10,269 nucleotides of DNA from Nitrospinota bacterium (GTDB taxonomy: Bacteria; UBA8248): the NCBI GenBank assembly GCA_046581755.1, contig JAYGFR010000062.1, positions 1 to 10,269 of the forward strand, in the 5' to 3' direction. The position numbers were made by a program, and so were the translations under genes. The notes below the pieces were generated by a model. It saw nothing but the letters and a program-made list of their open reading frames with translations, ran no database searches and was not told the DNA's origin. Position 1 is the stretch's first letter. Each line of letters starts with the position of its first letter. This document shows positions 6,490-10,269 of this stretch, piece by piece.

Positions 6490-7683
6490 TTGGCAACCGA
6501 TTCGGCGCGTATTCGCAGGCTGCGGGCGCAAATTCCCGCCATGACGGGACAAATTTATGTCAACTGGGGCGGTAGCGGTCCCTCGCCCACCCCGGTACTC
6601 CGGGCGGTGGAGCGCTTTTTGAAGCGCGAGTCCCGCTTGGGACCCTTTCATCCTCAGATCCGGGATGAATCGCGGGCGGCCATGGAGGCGCTTCGCGTTT
6701 CGGTCTCGAAACTCCTCGGCGCGGGCGAGGATGAGATCGCCCTGGTGGACAACACGACCTCGGGGGTCAACCTGGCCGCCGCGGGCATCGAATGGCGCCG
6801 CGGGGACGAGGCCATCGTCACAGACCTGGAGCACCCGGGAGGCTACCTGCCCTGGTTCATGTGGCGCGAGCGCAGGGGGATCAAGGTCCGCCTCCTCCAA
6901 TCGGGCAAGACGGACGATGAACTTCTCGAGGGTCTCGACGCCGCCCTCACCCTACGCACCCGCGCCGTGTGCGTGAGCCACATCGCCTGGCTCACCGGCC
7001 GGCGGCTTCCGCTCCGCGAGATGGGCCGCCGATGCCGGAAGGTGGGCGCCCTGCTTGTCGTGGACGGGGCGCAGTCGGTCGGCCAAATCCCGATCGACGT
7101 GAAAAAGTGCCTCGCCGATGTCTACACCGTCTCGGGCCAAAAATGGCTCATGGGCCCCCAGGGCACGGGGGCCGTATTCGTGCGGCGCGGCCTCCGGAAG
7201 AAAATCCGCGAGTCCGGCATCGGCTACCGTTCCTCCGCCAAGCGGAGCCTGTCCGACCTCACCTACACGCCCAAAACCGACGCCACCCGATTCGAGATCG
7301 CCACCATCAGCCCGGCTCTTTTCTCGGGCCTCGGGGCGGCGGTGGAGGAATGCCGGAAAAGCGGCCCCGCCGGAATCGAGCGGCGGATCCGCCGCCTGGC
7401 GAACCGGCTGCTCCGCATCCTCGGGGGAGGGGCGGGCATCGAGATGCTCACTCCGCCCGGCCCGGCGCAATCGGGTCTCGTCTCGTTCCGGATCGAGGGG
7501 ATGGACGCAGCGGCGGCGACCGCGCGGCTTTTGAAAAAATACAAGGTGGTCCTCCGCTCGGTGGATTCTGTCCCCCCCGCGCTCCGGGCCTCGATCCACT
7601 ACCTGAACACCGAGGCCGAAATCGACCGAATCGGAAAAGGGGCGCTCGACCTGGCGGCCGCGGCCAAAAAGAAATCGGGCTAG
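6490..7683 (+). CDS. class V PLP-dependent enzyme, most like L-cysteine/cystine C-S lyase (C-DES); candidate seleno(cyst(e)ine) lyase
   Basis: YVNWGGSG, GPF, DNTTSG, GDEAIVTDLEHPG, SHIAWLTG, VDGAQSVG, SGQKWLMGP (PLP Lys218), GYRS, RFEIAT, GLVSF and RASIHY. No SufS RxGxHC or IscS SSGSAC catalytic Cys loop. GAGGAGG at 6477-6483 precedes TTG 6490. Confidence 0.88.
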   Translation: MATDSARIRRLRAQIPAMTGQIYVNWGGSGPSPTPVLRAVERFLKRESRLGPFHPQIRDESRAAMEALRVSVSKLLGAGEDEIALVDNTTSGVNLAAAGIEWRRGDEAIVTDLEHPGGYLPWFMWRERRGIKVRLLQSGKTDDELLEGLDAALTLRTRAVCVSHIAWLTGRRLPLREMGRRCRKVGALLVVDGAQSVGQIPIDVKKCLADVYTVSGQKWLMGPQGTGAVFVRRGLRKKIRESGIGYRSSAKRSLSDLTYTPKTDATRFEIATISPALFSGLGAAVEECRKSGPAGIERRIRRLANRLLRILGGGAGIEMLTPPGPAQSGLVSFRIEGMDAAAATARLLKKYKVVLRSVDSVPPALRASIHYLNTEAEIDRIGKGALDLAAAAKKKSG

Positions 7684-7748
7684 GCGAAATCCGGGCGCTG
7701 GTTCGTGGAACAACTACCCGACAGGAAGAATCTGCCCGAGTGACCCGC

Positions 7749-8147
7749 CTATTTGGAATTCACCCCCTTGGGGGCGGGAACCTCATCGCGGGTAAGCACA
7801 AATCCCTCAAGAGGGCGGCCTCCGGCGGCGGGAGTGACCACGCTTTCGGCGACGCTGAAACTCCCCTTCGCGGGGTCCCGGTAGAGGATCCGCACCGGCC
7901 GCCATCCGGCGGCCTCGACGAAATAGCATATTTTATGACGCACCGCCTCCCGGAAATAGACCGTCGGTTGCATTCCATTCAGGCCGGGCAGGTCCGCGGC
8001 ATCGTTGTTCGAGAGCTTGGCGAGGTTCACCGCCAGCACCTCGTTTTCGCAAAACAACACCTTCCCGGCGCCCATCGCGGGCGCGGAGGCCGCAATGATG
8101 AGCGAAAGGCCCGCCGCGAACAGGACGATCCGATTTTTTCGGCTCAT
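7749..8147 (-). CDS. hypothetical exported protein (132 aa)
   Basis: Sec-type signal peptide MSRKNR-IVLFAAGLSLIIAA-SAPAMG|A, GAGGG SD, two Cys (33 and 74). Confidence 0.7.
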   Translation of the reverse strand: MSRKNRIVLFAAGLSLIIAASAPAMGAGKVLFCENEVLAVNLAKLSNNDAADLPGLNGMQPTVYFREAVRHKICYFVEAAGWRPVRILYRDPAKGSFSVAESVVTPAAGGRPLEGFVLTRDEVPAPKGVNSK

Positions 8148-8251
8148 GATTCCCTCTTGTCCAGAGGCACCCCCGGTTCGCGGCCTTTTGCGTCCGGGAC
8201 TCCCGCCTGGATTCGCCCCGTGCGCGCGTCCTTAATCCGGGCACATCACAC

Positions 8252-8287
8252 AAAAAAAAGGCGGCGGGAGAGCTCTCCGCCGCCTTT
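8252..8287 (-). terminator. intrinsic terminator downstream of the cupredoxin-like gene
   Basis: Minus strand GGCGGCGG...CCGCCGCC stem followed by T8, starting about 17 nt after the stop at 8305. Confidence 0.85.
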
Positions 8288-8304
8288 GAGTGTTCAAGCG
8301 CGAA

Positions 8305-9015
8305 TTATTTTGCGAGCGCGAGCGTTGCCGTCACGGTCACATCGCCCTTCACATCCACTTTCATCGTCTTCGTGCCAAGCTTTTCGTGCCAGATTTCGAT
8401 CGTGTAGGAGCCGTCCGGCACGTTTTCGATCTTGAACTTTCCGCCGTCCCCGGTCACCGCATAAAACGGATGCTTCGCCGCAACGACATAACCCACCATC
8501 CAGTCGTGCACATCGCAGGTTATCTTGACGATGCCGGGCTTTTTGAAATAACGCTTCGACATCTTCAGCTTTTTCTTGAATTTAGGTTGGGCGATGTTCG
8601 CCACCTTGTTGCCCGACTTTCCCGGGTGGGTATGGATATTGTGGAGAATTTTGTCGCTGTTTTTGACGATCAGCTTTGTCCCGGCCTTCATGACCGTGAC
8701 GCGGGGGTCATAGAAGCAGCCATTCTGATCGACGGTGGCTTTCTTCATCGCCTTGCTCCACTTGCCGCCCTTGGCGTCTTTTATCGAGACGACGGCCCAG
8801 GAGACTCCCCCGTCCTTCACGACGAGGCTGTCCTCGGTGATGGGGTTCTTTCCGCAGACTTTTTTGTCCTTGTTCACGGAAAGCGCCTTGCGTTCCGGCA
8901 CGGTCCCATCGAATTTGATGACGCCCGAGATGGAACCCGCGAAAGCGGGCCCTGCGAAGGCGAGAGCTACCGCGGCGGCGATGACGGTTTTGATCGAATG
9001 ACTTCTAATGCGCAT
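8305..9015 (-). CDS. exported cupredoxin-like / carboxypeptidase-regulatory-like domain protein (236 aa)
   Basis: Signal peptide ending AFA|G; DQNGCFYDPRV, NSDKILHNIH and CDVHDWM (His...Cys-x2-His-x2-Met); C-terminal TGDGGKFKIENVPDGSYTIEIWHEKLG beta-sandwich; SD AGGAG. Confidence 0.85.
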   Translation of the reverse strand: MRIRSHSIKTVIAAAVALAFAGPAFAGSISGVIKFDGTVPERKALSVNKDKKVCGKNPITEDSLVVKDGGVSWAVVSIKDAKGGKWSKAMKKATVDQNGCFYDPRVTVMKAGTKLIVKNSDKILHNIHTHPGKSGNKVANIAQPKFKKKLKMSKRYFKKPGIVKITCDVHDWMVGYVVAAKHPFYAVTGDGGKFKIENVPDGSYTIEIWHEKLGTKTMKVDVKGDVTVTATLALAK

Positions 9016-9406
9016 GTTTACTCCTCTCCTGCAAATGTCGAATGATTCAGATCCGTAATGATTACCAAAAGGGCCAGCCGTTTCTCAGGGCGCGAAAACT
9101 TTCCCTTTCATTGTTTACCGGCCCAACGAGACTCCGTCCAATCGCCGGAGCATCTTTTTCGGTTCGAATTTCAAGAAATCCTCGCCGCAAAAGCGCCAGC
9201 TACCGCTGAGTGTATCATGAACTGCGGGCGCGGCGGAGGAGGCGGCATAAGTCACTATATTTCATTGATTTGCGGAACTTTCTCCGAAAGTACCGGCAGG
9301 ATAACCCGCATGACACCGGCATGCCGAAACCCGCTTATCCATTCGAGAAACAATCGTGGCGGCTGAAACGTTTCCGGAAGGGTCCCCCGGCTGGGAAAGG
9401 CGGGCG

Positions 9407-9458
9407 AAAAAAAACCCGGCATCCCCCCAGCGGATCGGCCCGCGGGGGAGATACCGGG
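9407..9458 (-). terminator. intrinsic terminator downstream of the cationic protein gene
   Basis: Minus strand CCCGGTATCTCCCCCGCGG-gccgat-CCGCTGGGGGGATGCCGGG (about 18 pairs including 2 G-U, 1 mismatch) followed by T8. Confidence 0.85.
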
Positions 9459-9494
9459 ATAGCGATTCAATATCCAAACATTATTCAAAGTGCG

Positions 9495-10034
9495 CTAGTT
9501 CGCGGGCCTTCTCTTTAACTTTTTCAGGCAAACGATCCTAGCAGGCTTGGGTAGGCGCGCACAGAATTTGCGCCCTCTTTTATTCCCCTTACGGATCTTT
9601 CTACCCAATGCCTTGCGGATCTTGCGGCCCTTGCGGCGCTTCCGGACCTTGCGGAGCCTGCGCTTGAGCCTCTTGCCGATCCTGCGGCCCTTGCGGCCCT
9701 TGCGGCCCTTGCGCTTTTTGAGGAGCTTGCGGAACGGGTTGCGCTTGCCCTTCCGGACCTTGCGGAGCCTGCGCTTCAGCGACTTGACGACCTTATTCCC
9801 TTTCCCCTTCACATACCTTTTCGAGACGCCGAAGCAGGCCCTTTTCTGTCCGGGGCTTTTGATCCGCCCGCAGTAGGACCGGAAACATGCGGCCCGGCCT
9901 CTCGGATTTTTAACCCGAGAGCACGTGCTCACAGCCCGGCGAACCGGGTTCGGACTACTGGCGGGTTCGGCTGCTTGCATGCCGAACAGCATGAAGCCTC
10001 CAATCGCCAGCGCTGAGACGAACAGTCGTTTCAT
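9495..10034 (-). CDS. hypothetical exported, extremely Lys/Arg-rich protein with three Cys pairs (179 aa)
   Basis: GGAGG SD before ATG 10034, signal-like MKRLFVSALAIGGFMLFGMQAAEPA, its own terminator, and an upstream extended -10 candidate. Confidence 0.8.
   Translation of the reverse strand: MKRLFVSALAIGGFMLFGMQAAEPASSPNPVRRAVSTCSRVKNPRGRAACFRSYCGRIKSPGQKRACFGVSKRYVKGKGNKVVKSLKRRLRKVRKGKRNPFRKLLKKRKGRKGRKGRRIGKRLKRRLRKVRKRRKGRKIRKALGRKIRKGNKRGRKFCARLPKPARIVCLKKLKRRPAN
9639..9776. repeat. intragenic repeats: identical 27-bp direct repeat (9639-9665, 9750-9776) and about 3.5 x 9-bp tandem (9682-9713)
   Basis: cttccggaccttgcggagcctgcgctt occurs twice (encodes KRRLRKVRK); (ttgcggccc)n encodes RKG repeats. 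Confidence 0.9.
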
Positions 10035-10120
10035 TCTGTTTCCTCCGTTGCGTATGGAACCTGAGATTTGGACTGGATGGATTTCCAATAGAATTTAGTT
10101 ACTTTAGCTGATAAAGATGT

Positions 10121-10129
10121 AATATATCA
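10121..10129 (-). promoter_or_regulatory. possible extended -10 promoter for the cationic protein gene
   Basis: Minus strand TGA-TATATT in an AT-rich region; no convincing -35. Confidence 0.35.
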
Positions 10130-10269
10130 CAAAAAAATGGGCAGAAAATGATATTTTTCCAATATTTCCCAAAGGGACAAATCAATCCGGATATTTTGCG
10201 GGTGCGCACAAGCCCATAAAATTCAACCTGTTATAAACTTCCGCCCCACCGCTTCGTGCAGTGAGGCGC

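Noticed and set aside
1937..8435. Long antisense or alternative-frame ORFs (1937-3328, 3560-4792, 3721-4692, 5099-6019, 6952-7713, 6969-8435)
   Set aside because: Shadows of well-supported genes in GC-rich DNA; no motifs and biased R/P/G composition.
9058..9541. Short ORFs in the 9016-9494 intergenic region
   Set aside because: No convincing SD or protein-like composition, and several run through the terminator hairpin.

Overview
GC-rich bacterial chromosomal window with no mobile elements, CRISPR array or recognisable RNA genes. The core is a + strand selenocysteine-machinery cluster: selA (1964-3427), a RutD-like alpha/beta hydrolase (3611-4417), selB (4502-6418) and a PLP fold-type-I class V enzyme resembling cystine C-S lyase C-DES (6490-7683). 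selC and selD were not seen in the window. To the left, transcribed divergently, are a single-pass membrane protein (1122-1784), an overlapping 58-aa coiled-coil ORF missing from the ORF track (962-1138), and a DUF35-like Zn-ribbon/OB-fold protein fused to a histone-H1-like Lys/Ala tail (15-722). To the right, on the - strand, are three predicted exported proteins: a small hypothetical (7749-8147), a cupredoxin-like protein with a His...CxxHxxM motif (8305-9015) and an extremely cationic Cys-paired protein (9495-10034; 72 K/R and 1 acidic residue in 179 aa). Several sigma70-type promoters and two intrinsic terminators are visible. The best leads are the two extra enzymes in the sel cluster, a SECIS-like hairpin with a competing anti-RBS helix ahead of selB, and the two polycationic proteins. 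Family assignments come from remembered motifs, not database searches; counts were made by hand.
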